A DNA stretch of 55,093 nucleotides, the filler included, from Piptocephalis cylindrospora (lineage: Eukaryota): NCBI GenBank assembly GCA_003614145.1. It is 3 parts of 3 records of this genome, joined end to end, with 100 filler letters (N's around TTAATTAATTAA, not from the genome) between each part and the next. Parts side by side here need not be neighbours in the genome. Positions count along the whole stretch, not along the records: positions 1 to 18,323 come from KZ987838.1; positions 18,424 to 36,725 come from KZ987839.1; 1 more part is not named here. The stretch is one strand, 5' to 3'. Positions 13,731 through 24,346 of this stretch are shown here, piece after piece. Positions within the stretch are counted from its first letter, which is position 1. Each line of letters starts with the position of its first letter. The notes beneath the pieces are model-generated. The model was not told the DNA's origin, made no database searches, and saw only the letters and a list, made by a program, of their open reading frames with translations. The position numbers were made by a program, and so were the translations under genes.

Positions 13731-14064
13731 GGGAAGGTGGGATTTTGTGTGGGAACTATTGGGGACGGGGATTTGTTTTCCTTTCTTTATCGTGGTGTCA
13801 TGGGACATTCCGGGGACGGTTGGCCATTCTGGCGTTGAATAAGGGGGGAGGGAGGGGGTGTGGGTGGTGTGCTTGAGGGGGAGCTCATGGTATCGATGGG
13901 ATGGCTGGGTTTATGCGCTTGGTTTATTGGGGAGAACATGGCGAGGACGGGAAAGAGAGACAGAGAGGGTGTCCTGAAAATGTAAGAGAGACACTGATGG
14001 ATTTTTCGCGTGACAATCTAATTTATGTGGAAGGTGTGATGCAGGTTTATTTCTTTACTATGGA

Positions 14065-15375
14065 TCATTTCCCTCTTTTTTCAAACTGATCTTCCTGGGC
14101 CATGGTCTTTGCTTGCTTTCTCAATGCTTTATTAGATTTCTTTGATCTGTTACGTGAGGGATGATTAGGGTGACGAGAGATGGAGGACTGAAATTGATCC
14201 CATCGAAGAAGTAGAGAGGTGACGGAAAGACTGGACGGGGTAGCAAGGATGCCTAGAAAGGATGGTGAGGTGCCAATAGCAACATGAATGGCTTTGATTA
14301 GTTTGTCGGCCTCTGCTCCCCACACATCCGTTGCCCGAAAAGCGAGAATATGTCGGGGTAATGAGGGTACAGGATTGTCCGTCAGGGATAGCACCGCGAT
14401 CAATGATGAGGGAAGCTGGGAGGGAGCCAGAGATTGATCGGATAGGGCAATTAAGGGTGAAGTGGGATAGGTCACTTTAGGATCATCATCGGGAGACTGC
14501 TGATTGTTTCCGAGTTCTTTGCATCTTCATCATGGGGAGAGGTAATCGGGTGTGTGAGAAGGATAGAAGAGCATCGCCCCCCCATCCATCGGTTACTTAC
14601 CGATGTTGGACAAGATGACCACACAACTTAAGAAGAGAGGCTAAGGCATGGGTAGCAAGCTGTTTAAGGATGATTTCATTCATCCCAGAAGGGCTGCGGA
14701 ACTCCCGGAGAAGCTCGTTAGATTGACCTATACCGCATGATTCGAGGAAGGAAGAGATCAGTCCGAATGGTGCCTATGTCTCTACTCTATCACATGATCT
14801 CACTTTCATTGGAAAGGTAAAAAGGGCTTACTTTTATATTCCAATTGCTGAAGGGCCAAGGGATGCGTTATAGTCCAGACGGCCGTTCCCGGAAGCTTTG
14901 CACCGCCCAAATGGTTGGGCGCGATCCATTTTTCCCCAGTGTCAGGATCCTGTGCACGAGAGAGCCTGACCAGGAGGGCTAAAAGGGGGATGGGTAGGGG
15001 GTCAGTGGGTTCACTAGATGTACCGCCTATCCAAGCCTGAACTTACCGCTGGGAAAGCGTCGGCGAGCAACTATACAAAACCGAAGGGGTGAAGCCAAGT
15101 TGATGGCTATGCTCCCGTGTATCAGGGGTGATGGTGAGTTGGGGCGGGAAGGAGTCTTTTTCTACCAGGTACGTACCATACGGGTTCCCGGCCAACTGGC
15201 GCTCCAAATCGGTCCGGTCCTTTGGGTCCTTGGCCGGGATCTTGACGGGCTTATTCGCGTTATGTCCCGCCTTCCTGTATACGCGTTGCCGGTGAGCACT
15301 CGCAACCACGCTAGAGGAGAAGGAGTGTGACAAGGGCCAAGTTCCCCGAGTGCGCGATATGCTGGAGGATAGCAT
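14065..15375 (-). CDS. Probable mitochondrial protein, Rrg8-like, 5 exons
   Basis: Arg/Ser-rich presequence-like N-terminus. The spliced motif LAGNPYAINLASPLRFCIVARRRFPSALLVRL resembles the fungal Rrg8-family NPYAxxLASPxRxC motif. Four GT-AG introns give a continuous frame into ORF 14065-14475. Confidence 0.55.
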
Positions 15376-15979
15376 GGAGGGGGGAAGGGGATGAAGGTAG
15401 GGGCAAAGGCATTGTGCGGAGCATGTTAGTAGCCCAATCTGTCCTGGGCAGCGTTTGCTAGCGCGTATGTCATGTTCAATATGGGTTGACCATTCGTATT
15501 TTAATGATTCATACGAGATGAATGAATGCTAACCTTTAACAACAACAACTTTTGTCTTGAAAACAAAGCTAGATTTACTTTCGTGAAGCACTGTATGGCT
15601 CATGATAAGTCCTTGCACTTGTCTGGAGTTCTGGATCATTTTGAATGGCAGGCCGATTCCAGGTTTGAGCATGGGGTTCAATAGAACTATCCTTACTCAT
15701 ACCTATGGATTCACATGGGAGCTGGCAATCGGTTGATCAAACAGCGCAATCATCTCAAATAGGATGATCCGATGCAATGGCCTCGCCGTGTGGAAGTAGC
15801 CTAGGTATGTCGATTGGTACATACGAAGAATTGAATGGACAGTGTATTATCCTGACTCTATTCCTACTATTACTAGTGACGTTTTGAGGATAAAGGATGG
15901 CCAGTACAAGGAGCAACAACTCGTCAATAATCTATAGCAACACCACACCACTCCGCCCGCTGCTCTCAAACTAGGGGGA

Positions 15980-17686
15980 TCAACGCCGACGACAACAGGA
16001 AGGGAGAAGAGGCAGGGAGTGCGTCCGTCGGTACCAAATAATACTGCCAGCAACCAGGAGGAGGAAGGCGACGACGGCACCGGCGATGATACCAGCGGTG
16101 GTGGAAGGATCCCGGATGGGCCTACGGGTGATGTAGGGGAGACCGACGAATGGGGGATCCTCGGTGCTGTACATGACCTGACGGGCGGCCCAGCCTTGGA
16201 AGGGGGAATTGTAGTCGAGGGCCACCTCGTTCTGGAGATAATCGGCACGGTCATCCTTGAATGTATCCATCTCGTCGGGTCCGCCCACGACGGCGCCAAA
16301 TAGAGTGTGCTCACTGACGGGCGGGGAGTTGCGAATGTTGGAGATGTCGGTACCGCCCGAGGACCCAGCGTGATGGGGATTCTGGGGGGAATTGTGATGG
16401 AGGCCGCAGACGTACGGGGTCTTTTCCGGGTTCCGACCTAGGATGTATTCGGATTGCTTCTGGGCAAAGTCTAGGTAACGTTGTCGCTTGGGGTGGTCGG
16501 TGGGCAGGGATTCAGCGTAGAGGAAAAGGAGGAAGATGGCATTATTGGCCGGGACGGTGGAGTCGGCGGGGGAAGCATCATTGTACCACAGGAGGCCTCC
16601 CTGGGTCAATTTAGCTGGGGATTTCGCGGCGACCACGGCATCCAGGTAGGCCTCGGCCTCAGTGACCCAGTCGGTGGCGTTGGAGGAAGCCAGGAGGACA
16701 AAGCAAGCTCCAGTCTTGCTGTTCCAGTCCACACTGGATCGTTGGCCTCGAAGTTTACCGGCATCGATCCACGCAGCGGCTCGATCTAGATAGGAGGCGG
16801 TGCCGGTGGCCTTCCATAGCCATGCGGCCCCCCAGCACATCTCGTCCTCGTAGGAGGAGGAGGCGTAGAAGGCTTCGGAAGCAGAGACGGACTTTTGGTA
16901 CAGGGAGTACCTGGCGGAGTCGGCAAAAGCAAAGACATCCTTGGCGTGTTGGAGAAGGGTGTCGGCGTAGGCGGTGTCGAGGAAGCGTTGGCGGAAGAGA
17001 AGGGAGCCGGCAGCAAAGGCGGCGGCGGCCTCGCCAGCTACGTCGGTTCCGGGATTATCGGGGTTAATGATGAATGCGGGTCTTGGGACGGGGATATTGG
17101 TATCGGGGCCCCAGTAATTATTATCGACATTTCCATCGCCCACCTGGACCACTAGGGTGGAGGGCTGAGGATGGGCGGCGATGAGCCAGTCGTAGCCCCA
17201 TCGCATCTGAGAGGAAAAGTACTGAGCTTGACCGGACAAGACATATCCATCCCAGAAGGCCTGGCCGCCCCAGGCAAGCTGGGTGAGGGTAAAGGCGTAA
17301 GGAAAGGTGAATTTTAGGTAATCTCCAGCATCGAACCACCCTCCAGACAGGTTTAACCCCAGATCTTTGCCGTCCTCCAGAGCCGAATCATGCCTCCACT
17401 CTACCCGGTTGTCCGAGGGTAGCTTTCCCGATCTCTGGGCCTCGTAGAAGAGAATGGAGTAGGAGAGGACCTTGGCCCATTCCGGGTGGGCACGAGATAC
17501 GCCCTTTCCCGACACGGGGGCAAATGTAGTAGTGGTGCTGTTAGTGGTGTTAGTGGTGGTGGTGGTGGTGGTGTTGTTATTGTTAGTGGTGGTGTTTTGG
17601 GAACGGATGGAGCCTATGGATATGCAGGACCATGTGGTGATAGTGATTAGGACCCAGAGATGGGATCCCCATGATGAGGGAAGCAT
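15980..17686 (-). CDS. Glycoside hydrolase family 9 (endoglucanase-like) with signal peptide, Thr/Asn linker and C-terminal transmembrane helix
   Basis: GH9 motifs: ILFYEAQRSGKLP, LSGGWFDAGDYLKF, YILGRNP, PQNPHH, GAVVGGPD..D.FKDDRADYLQNEVALDYN. TM segment IIAGAVVAFLLLVAGSIIWY. Intronless. Confidence 0.95.
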   Translation of the reverse strand: MLPSSWGSHLWVLITITTWSCISIGSIRSQNTTTNNNNTTTTTTTNTTNSTTTTFAPVSGKGVSRAHPEWAKVLSYSILFYEAQRSGKLPSDNRVEWRHDSALEDGKDLGLNLSGGWFDAGDYLKFTFPYAFTLTQLAWGGQAFWDGYVLSGQAQYFSSQMRWGYDWLIAAHPQPSTLVVQVGDGNVDNNYWGPDTNIPVPRPAFIINPDNPGTDVAGEAAAAFAAGSLLFRQRFLDTAYADTLLQHAKDVFAFADSARYSLYQKSVSASEAFYASSSYEDEMCWGAAWLWKATGTASYLDRAAAWIDAGKLRGQRSSVDWNSKTGACFVLLASSNATDWVTEAEAYLDAVVAAKSPAKLTQGGLLWYNDASPADSTVPANNAIFLLFLYAESLPTDHPKRQRYLDFAQKQSEYILGRNPEKTPYVCGLHHNSPQNPHHAGSSGGTDISNIRNSPPVSEHTLFGAVVGGPDEMDTFKDDRADYLQNEVALDYNSPFQGWAARQVMYSTEDPPFVGLPYITRRPIRDPSTTAGIIAGAVVAFLLLVAGSIIWYRRTHSLPLLPSCCRRR

Positions 17687-18323
17687 AGGGTAGATGGATG
17701 AGGATCGAAGAGAGGTAGATGGATGAGAGTTCAAAAATGATAGGTAGGCGAGAAACCAAAGAGGATGGACGGATGAGAATCCAAAAGGGGTAGAGAATGC
17801 TGAGATGGGATTGAGCAAGGACAAAGTAAGAAATTAGGCAATGCGGCAAGGGACGGTGGGAATGCTGGGTGGATTGAGGAGTGGAAAGGGGGTGTAGTGG
17901 TGGCAGTGAATAAAGAAAGGGGCCAGCGAGAGGAATGGACACGGGTCGGGGATGGGCCGAGTATTTAACAGTAATTGTTGCATATGAGAGTCGGAGTGTC
18001 TAGTTGGCTCGAATGAGCAGAGGAGCGGACCAGACCTCCTTTTCTCCTCTGTGAGGAGAGAAGAGACAGCTTGGGCAAGGGTGACGGTTAGGGCGATGAG
18101 AAGAGGGATGGGTGAGGTGAGCATCCCCTCCCATAATCCAGAGGGGCCCAATGGTTGTTAATGCCCTGTCGTATTTTTCACTGTACTAGAGAGCGTACAC
18201 TGGTCCACTTGAGAGGGGTGGAGGTGCATGTCTAGGAGGACGAGTCGCTGGGGGAGGGGGGGGGGGGGGGGGGGGGGGACACGACAGACCCCCACGTGGG
18301 GAGGGAGGTGTTGTTTTCGTCTT

Positions 18324-18423
18324 NNNNNNNNNNNNNNNNNNNNNNNNNNNNNNNNNNNNNNNNNNNNTTAATTAATTAANNNNNNNNNNNNNNNNNNNNN
18401 NNNNNNNNNNNNNNNNNNNNNNN
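18324..18423. other. Artificial 100-nt contig-joining spacer (N-run with TTAATTAATTAA six-frame stop linker)
   Basis: N44-TTAATTAATTAA-N44. It is preceded by a poly-G run at the end of contig 1, and RPN7 is cut at the junction. Confidence 0.98.
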
Positions 18424-18980
18424 CGAGACGATGGCCCAAGGGAGCCGTCTTGTCAAATGCGGCTCTGTATGCAGTGATGGCCGTTTCCTATTTGGATAAG
18501 GGAGAGAGGGTGAGTCTGTTGTGTGTGTACGTCGTCATTCGAGCGAATAGATATAAAACGGACCTTGTCGCCAATACGGGCAAAATGTTCAGCACGGACC
18601 CGAAGAGCATCAGACACCTCGGATTCCCCTAGGTTTTCCTCAGCATCCTTAAGACGGGCATCGAGCTTCTCCAGCTCTTCCTGATTGCTCTGTTCCATTC
18701 GAGCGAGCAAGGCATCATCCCGGCTCCAGCCCTGTTCTGTGCAGACAAACTTATAAAAAGGAGCCATGTCTAGAAGAATGGAGGGAGAGGGGATGGGGTA
18801 AATGGAAAGGATGTGGGAAGACCTGATGGATAGATCACAGCACGTACTGTTCTCGTCAATGCCCTTGAATAGGGCATTCTGAGCCGTGGTCCTCTGCTCC
18901 TCTGGGCCGGACGTAGCGAGAAAGTATTGCCGGGACAAGGACATGTCCGGGACGTGGATGAGTTCTTCTTCAGAGGACAT
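18424..18980 (-). CDS. RPN7: 26S proteasome lid subunit Rpn7 (PSMD6), 5' part only, truncated by contig end
   Basis: MAPFYKFVC, NQEELEKLDARLKDAEENLGESEVSDAL..AEHFARIGDK|ETAITAYRAAFDKTAPLGHRL. Two introns. Confidence 0.95.
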
Positions 18981-19569
18981 GTTGAGTGGCGATGGGAGAG
19001 GGGATTCAGAGGAAAAGGGGAAAGGAAAGATGAGAGGGGACTGGGAAGGGCTGGTTCACAGCTACATGCCCAGAGTCTCAAGCAGGTCAACCTGGGCCTT
19101 GTCCACTGCGGAGCTGTGGGGGGGGCGATGTCAATGTGGACGCACAGCTGTGTCAGTCAGTCTCTGTGTGTGCGGCATTGTCTCCTGGTCATCTCTCCCC
19201 TCTCACTCCTCCCGCGCTACGCGTCACTCCACATCCATCACAATATGTGTGTGTGTCTGGAGGTCCCACTCCGCCCGCACACGGATGGGATGGTGTAGGA
19301 GGAAGGAGGAGATGGAAGGCCCTTCCCATACTACGCGCGGTCAGCCAGGCTCACCCATCATCATCCTGGCTTGGAGGGGCACATACATTTATTGACAAGC
19401 GCACACACACATACACACACGCACACACACACGCACATACATATAGACTCAAGGCGTCAGGTTCAGCTCGAGAGGGAAGCACCTTTGTATCCCTTCATTC
19501 ATCTCTCCCTCCTCCCTTCTCCATCCCCTCTCATCTCCCAGTCCCTTTCCCTTCCTTCCCACTCGCACT

Positions 19570-21040
19570 ATGCCCGCTCCCTCCACCTTGGCTGCTGCTG
19601 AAGCTGCCGCTGCTTCCCCTACCCCAGAATCAGCCATCCCCCTCTACATCTCTGTTCTTACCAGCCCAGAGGAGGGTGATCAGGTGCAGCAGGATAAGGA
19701 AAAGGCCCTAACTCACCTCGCTGATCTGTACAAGCAACGCGGGTATGCTGGCCTAGAGGGGGGGATCTTGCTCTAGCTTTGTCTAACCAACCAGCCGCCT
19801 CTACTCTAGTGATGCCAAGGCTCTTTCCTCCCTGGTCAAGGACTCGAGGCCACTTCTCGCCTCTCTTCCCAAGGCCAAGGCCGCCAAGATCTGTAAGTCT
19901 TACCAAGTCATGTCTAGGCTGATCCCCATCCCTCACCCGTCCCATCCTCCCCGTACAGTGAAAAGCCTCATCGATGCCTTCCCAGAGGGCCCAGAAGCCC
20001 TGGAACTCCAGGTCTTGGCGTGCAGGGAGGCTGTGGAATGGGCCTCCTCTACGTCCAGGGTGTTCCTTCGGCAACAACTGGAAACCCGGCTCATCTCCCT
20101 ACTCTTGGCCTCTCAGGCCTACAATGAAACTCTGACCCTGGTCACCTCTCTACTTCGGGAACTAAAGAGACTGGATGACAAGATGACCCTGGTCGAGGTG
20201 CATCTCCTGGAATCGCGTGCCTTCCACGCCCTTCGTAATCTGCCCAAGGCGCGGGCAGCATCAACGGCGGCCCGTACCAATGCCAACTCCATCTACGTCC
20301 CTCCCATCCTCCAGGCCGAGTTGGACCTGCAATCCGGTCTCCTCCTCGCTGATGAACGAGACTTTCGCACGGCCTTTTCCTACTTTATCGAGGCCATGGA
20401 GGCCTTCAATACTCTGGAGGACCCGAGGGTTCGAAGGGCCATCAAGTACATGCTCCTGTGCAAGGTGATGCAGGGCACCCCGGAAGATGTGTCGGGGATC
20501 CTTGCCTCCAAGCCTGGGACCCGGTGGGCCGGTCCTGGTACCGAGGCCATGACGGCCGTGGCCGAGGCCGGGAAGGACCGGAGTCTTGAGGCCTTTGAAA
20601 AGGCCCTGTCTCAGTACGGTCAGGAACTTCGGGAGGATCCCGTGGTCCGTAGGCATCTCTCCTCCCTTTACGACACGCTTCTCGAGGGCAATGTGCTTCG
20701 GTGTATCGAGCCGTACGAACGGGTTGAGGTAGCCCACTTGGCCAAGCTTCTCAAACTTCCCCTAGCTCAGGTTGAATCCAAGCTGAGTCAGATGATCCTA
20801 GATAAGCAATTCTACGGGGTCCTTGACCAGGGTGCCGGATGTCTCATCGTCCATGACAAGCCCACCACGGATCAGACCTACGAGGCTACCCTGACCACTC
20901 TGAAACATATGGGAGATGTTGTGGATTCCCTGTATGAGAAGGTACGATTTAAGAGTGATGCGATGGAATGGGATGGAATGGGATGAGGGTAGGAGAGGAT
21001 GTACTCACTCTATGACGCGTAGGCTGCCAAGTTGACCTGA
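19570..21040 (+). CDS. RPN6: 26S proteasome lid subunit Rpn6 (PSMD11), 4 exons
   Basis: PKAKAAKI|VKSLID, RVFLRQQLETRL, LLRELKRLDDKMTLVEVHLLES, ARTNANSIYVPP, SKLSQMILDK.FYGVLDQG and a terminal VVDSLYEK|AAKLT*. Confidence 0.97.
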
Positions 21041-21569
21041 GTGAATCGGTAGATGTTGAGGGAGGGGGGGAGGAGGGAGGCGGGAAAATGGGAATAAACA
21101 CATTCACACGCTGTGTAAAGATGTGTGTGTGACCCGTGTCTGTGTTTGTATGGAAGCATGCTGCTCAAAAGGATACAACCCAAAGGACGATTAGGGTCGG
21201 AAGGTATGTATTTCAGAGGAAGGTCGGGAAGAAGATGTGAGACGAGGAGACGGAAGTGGTTCATGAGGTTGGGAAGAGGGAAGGGAATGGTCGACCATGA
21301 AGCGGGAGAGAGAGAGGGGGAGAGAAGCGAGAAAAGAGAAAGAAAGGAGGGAAGATCATCAAAACGTCAAGAGGTGATGGATCTAGAGGGGAATGTCCGA
21401 TACGACATGCAACTGGAAGGAAGGGCCTTGGAGAGGAGAGGATGGAAGAGGACAAGAGGATGGTAGGAAGGATGGGTGATCCCCCATACCACACCTCCTC
21501 CCCCTTACACCCGCACACATCCAGACCTCCGATCAGCGCGCGTGCACGTACCAGGACAAGAGATCCGAT

Positions 21570-22154
21570 CTAGCATCCACCAAAGACACTGTTGACATTG
21601 GAGTTGCAGCAATCCGCCTGGTTGCAGCAGTCATTGGCATTGACACTGGAGATGCAGTCATTCTCCACATGATCGGCGGCACAATGCTGGGAGTTGAAGT
21701 CGTTGAAGTTGCGGTTCTGGTTGTTGCAGCAGGATTGATCGCTGCAGGCCGAGAAGGCGCTGAAAGGATCGCACCAGCCACCACAGCCGCCACCCCAACC
21801 ACCGCAACCACCACCCCAACCGCCGCAGCCATTGCCCCATCCGTCACATCCACCACCCCATCCACCACAGCCACTGCCCCACCCGTCGCATCCACCGCCC
21901 CATCCTCCACAGCCATTGCCCCATCCACCACAGCCATTACCCCATCCACCGCAAGGACTACGCCTCTGAAGGGAATGAGGTCCATCGGTAGGATGGGAGA
22001 CTGGGGCTGCCGGGCTACGGCGCTGAAGGGCATTGGCCTGGCCCTGGCGGGATGAGCTGGGGCTGGCCATGGCGGAGGAGCTGGAAAGGCCTAGGGAGGC
22101 GACACCAGCGATGGCGAGGGTTTGAAGGAGGGAGGTGGTGGAGGGGAAATGCAT
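21570..22154 (-). CDS. Small secreted Cys/Gly/Trp repeat protein with Asn/Cys-rich C-terminus
   Basis: Signal peptide, two LQRRSP motifs, 8.5 C(G/D)GWG(N/G/S)G heptads and an Asn/Cys-rich tail. Intronless, with an upstream TATA box. Confidence 0.85.
   Translation of the reverse strand: MHFPSTTSLLQTLAIAGVASLGLSSSSAMASPSSSRQGQANALQRRSPAAPVSHPTDGPHSLQRRSPCGGWGNGCGGWGNGCGGWGGGCDGWGSGCGGWGGGCDGWGNGCGGWGGGCGGWGGGCGGWCDPFSAFSACSDQSCCNNQNRNFNDFNSQHCAADHVENDCISSVNANDCCNQADCCNSNVNSVFGGC
21774..21953 (-). repeat. Coding 21-bp tandem repeat (~8.5 copies) encoding C(G/D)GWG(N/G/S)G
   Basis: Direct reading of units such as ccattgccccatccaccacag on the + strand, with synonymous variation between copies. 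Confidence 0.9.
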
Positions 22155-22362
22155 GATGGAATGGGTCTGAATCGGAGAGGAAGGATGAGAAGTTCTATGA
22201 ATGAAATGCGCAAGGGAGGCAACGTGAGCAAGGAGGAGTGCTGGTCTTGAGGGATGATCAGGGAGGGGGAGTGAGAGGAGGGGGTGGGGGAAGAGAAGCT
22301 AGCTAAGGATGGGATGAGGGACTGAGGAGGATGGAATGAGAAAGGCCATTGAACCTGGCCCC

Positions 22363-22369
22363 TTTTATA
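22363..22369 (-). promoter_or_regulatory. TATA box (TATAAAA) of the secreted repeat-protein gene
   Basis: GTATAAAAGG on the minus strand, ~210 nt upstream of the ATG at 22154, followed by a CT-rich leader. Confidence 0.6.
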
Positions 22370-23299
22370 CTTTGCTGAAGAGGTGAGCGGAATAGTTTAT
22401 CCTTTTTTCAGCTAGTCGCTCCGTAATCAAGCGCTTCATCTCCCGTGTAAAGACATGGATAGCGAGAAGGCATGCATACGTCTCCTACACTCGACTGATG
22501 GGGACGAGATAGCTTGCCTTGCCCTAATGTTGCTGTTTCTGTTTCTGTTGCTACGAGGGTCGATTGGACGATGAGAAGGGGGGAGAGGGTTTTCCCAATG
22601 GCATGATGGGCAGGGATCATGAATCTCCCAGACAGATCAGAATGGAAAAGTGAAGCATACTATAAGAAATAGATTGATCCTATTGATGATGAGATGGAAT
22701 CAATGGGCTGAGATATCTCCATTGATCCCACCCTCCTTGGACACGACAAAGAAGGATGCAGAGCATGTAAAGGATGATCTCTTTGGGTCATGGGTGTCAT
22801 CCCTGTCTCTCCCAAAGAAGGATCATTCATCACCAATGCATCAGAGGTCCGATTGAAGTTGTGAGGAGGCTCGATATTTTTGTCCTTACAAAGATAATTT
22901 TTCACTGCACTGACCCCCCCACATTAATATGTGCACGGACTCTATCCCATACAGAATACAGATATAGAGAGAGAGAGAGGCTGGGGCATGGAGAGAGAGA
23001 GACACACACACACACCACATTCAAACATGGAGAGACATAGGGCCCATTTGTATGACAATTGTGCGGCCGCGACGAAAGACTGGTTCATCCCCGACCATCC
23101 GCTTCACTCCGCTCCAATTATGATGCACTAAGTGCCAGACACCTGCCATACTCCGACCAGCCCCTCCATCCTTCATGGTGCCTAGGCAGGGGCGGTAAGG
23201 CTGCTCATCCTATACAGGGAGACTCGTCTACCTGGGTCAGGCGGAGGAGGGTCCGTCGAGCTCATATAGCTCATTGAGCTCAACCCCAGCAGAAAAAGG

Positions 23300-23307
23300 T
23301 ATAAATA
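23300..23307 (+). promoter_or_regulatory. TATA box (TATAAATA) of the hypothetical gene at 23605
   Basis: Consensus TATAAATA followed by a long CT-rich leader. Confidence 0.55.
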
Positions 23308-23604
23308 GCCCTCAGTCCCTTCAAATGTCAAACCCTCCCTTCCATACCTCTCTCTCTCTTTTTCCCCTCCTCTCACCGTTCCCATCCCCCGTTCATTCGT
23401 TTGACTCGTCTGTTTCCCCGCATAAACTTTCCCCCTTCCTCTCGTTCTGTTGACACTGCCTCCTGCATCCTCCCCCAACGCCTGACTTTTCAGCCAGCCA
23501 TCCCGCCATCTTCCTCTCTCTTCTGTCTCGTTGACCCGAAACATCCAATCCCCCATTCTTCCCCAGACTCACGATCTCTCCCCCTCCCCCTCCATCCTCT
23601 TGCC

Positions 23605-24102
23605 ATGTCTGCCTGCCACTCCCACCCCGGCCTTGTTCACCCCACGGCCCGTCGTCTCCCTATCTTTGTCCGACTCTCCTCCCCGCCTCCCCCGTGCATC
23701 GAGGACCTCGAAACCAGACTGGATCATCTCTCCCGCACCCTGACTGGCATGAACCATCGTCTCCAGACCCGAAAGGCCTTTCTCCGCTTTTCCAGTCTAC
23801 GTCCCTCCTCCCCCGCCTCATCGGCCTCAACCACCATCACCCCCTCCTCTCCCTCAATCTCCCCTTCCTCCTCTCCTATCCTGCGTCCTGCAAGCCCTTT
23901 CACCCATGAACCCACCGCCCGTATGGGCTACATCTCGGGTGGTCTCGAGGAGGTCACCCGCATTGTCCAGGCCCTCTCCAATCTCTTGGCCTCCTATGTC
24001 CGCGGTGGTGGTGGTGACATCCCCAAGCAATTCCTCCTGCTCCTTCGTCAGACCGAGAACGATGTCTCCACCCTCTCCTCCCTGTTTGCCAGTTATGTTT
24101 AG
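23605..24102 (+). CDS. Hypothetical ~165-aa protein (helical segments flanking a Ser/Pro linker)
   Basis: GCCATG start, C-ending codon bias, upstream TATA box and a coiled-coil-like IEDLETRLDHLSRTLTGMNHRL. No family recognised. Confidence 0.65.
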   Translation: MSACHSHPGLVHPTARRLPIFVRLSSPPPPCIEDLETRLDHLSRTLTGMNHRLQTRKAFLRFSSLRPSSPASSASTTITPSSPSISPSSSPILRPASPFTHEPTARMGYISGGLEEVTRIVQALSNLLASYVRGGGGDIPKQFLLLLRQTENDVSTLSSLFASYV

Positions 24103-24346
24103 TCATCCCTTCCCTCTTGGGATTGAGGCTCTCTTAGAGAAAAGAGGTCAGGGGGTTCTCTCACCTCCTTTCCTTCATCCTTGCTGATCATATCCTTGCT
24201 CTCTCTCTCTCTCTCTCTCCCTGCTTGCACACGCGTTTCGCAATACACACACATGTCCCCTTTCTCAACACTCATAGCATGCTTGATGAAGAGGTCTATT
24301 TCAAACCCATCTACCCCTCCCTCCCCTCCCTTTCTCCTCTTGCTTC

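Noticed and set aside
18368..18379. TTAATTAATTAA palindromic element, repeated near 36770
   Set aside because: It is a synthetic six-frame stop linker inside N padding, not biological sequence.
21774..21953. Possible CRISPR-like or mobile-element repeat
   Set aside because: It is an in-frame tandem coding repeat without unique spacers, in a eukaryotic context. No transposase or reverse transcriptase was seen anywhere in the window.
21533..22055. Alternative-frame and antisense repeat ORFs (Val/Ala/Asp-rich and Thr/Ala/Pro-rich)
   Set aside because: These are shadows of the 21-bp coding repeat. Only the 21570-22154 frame has a signal peptide and a TATA box.
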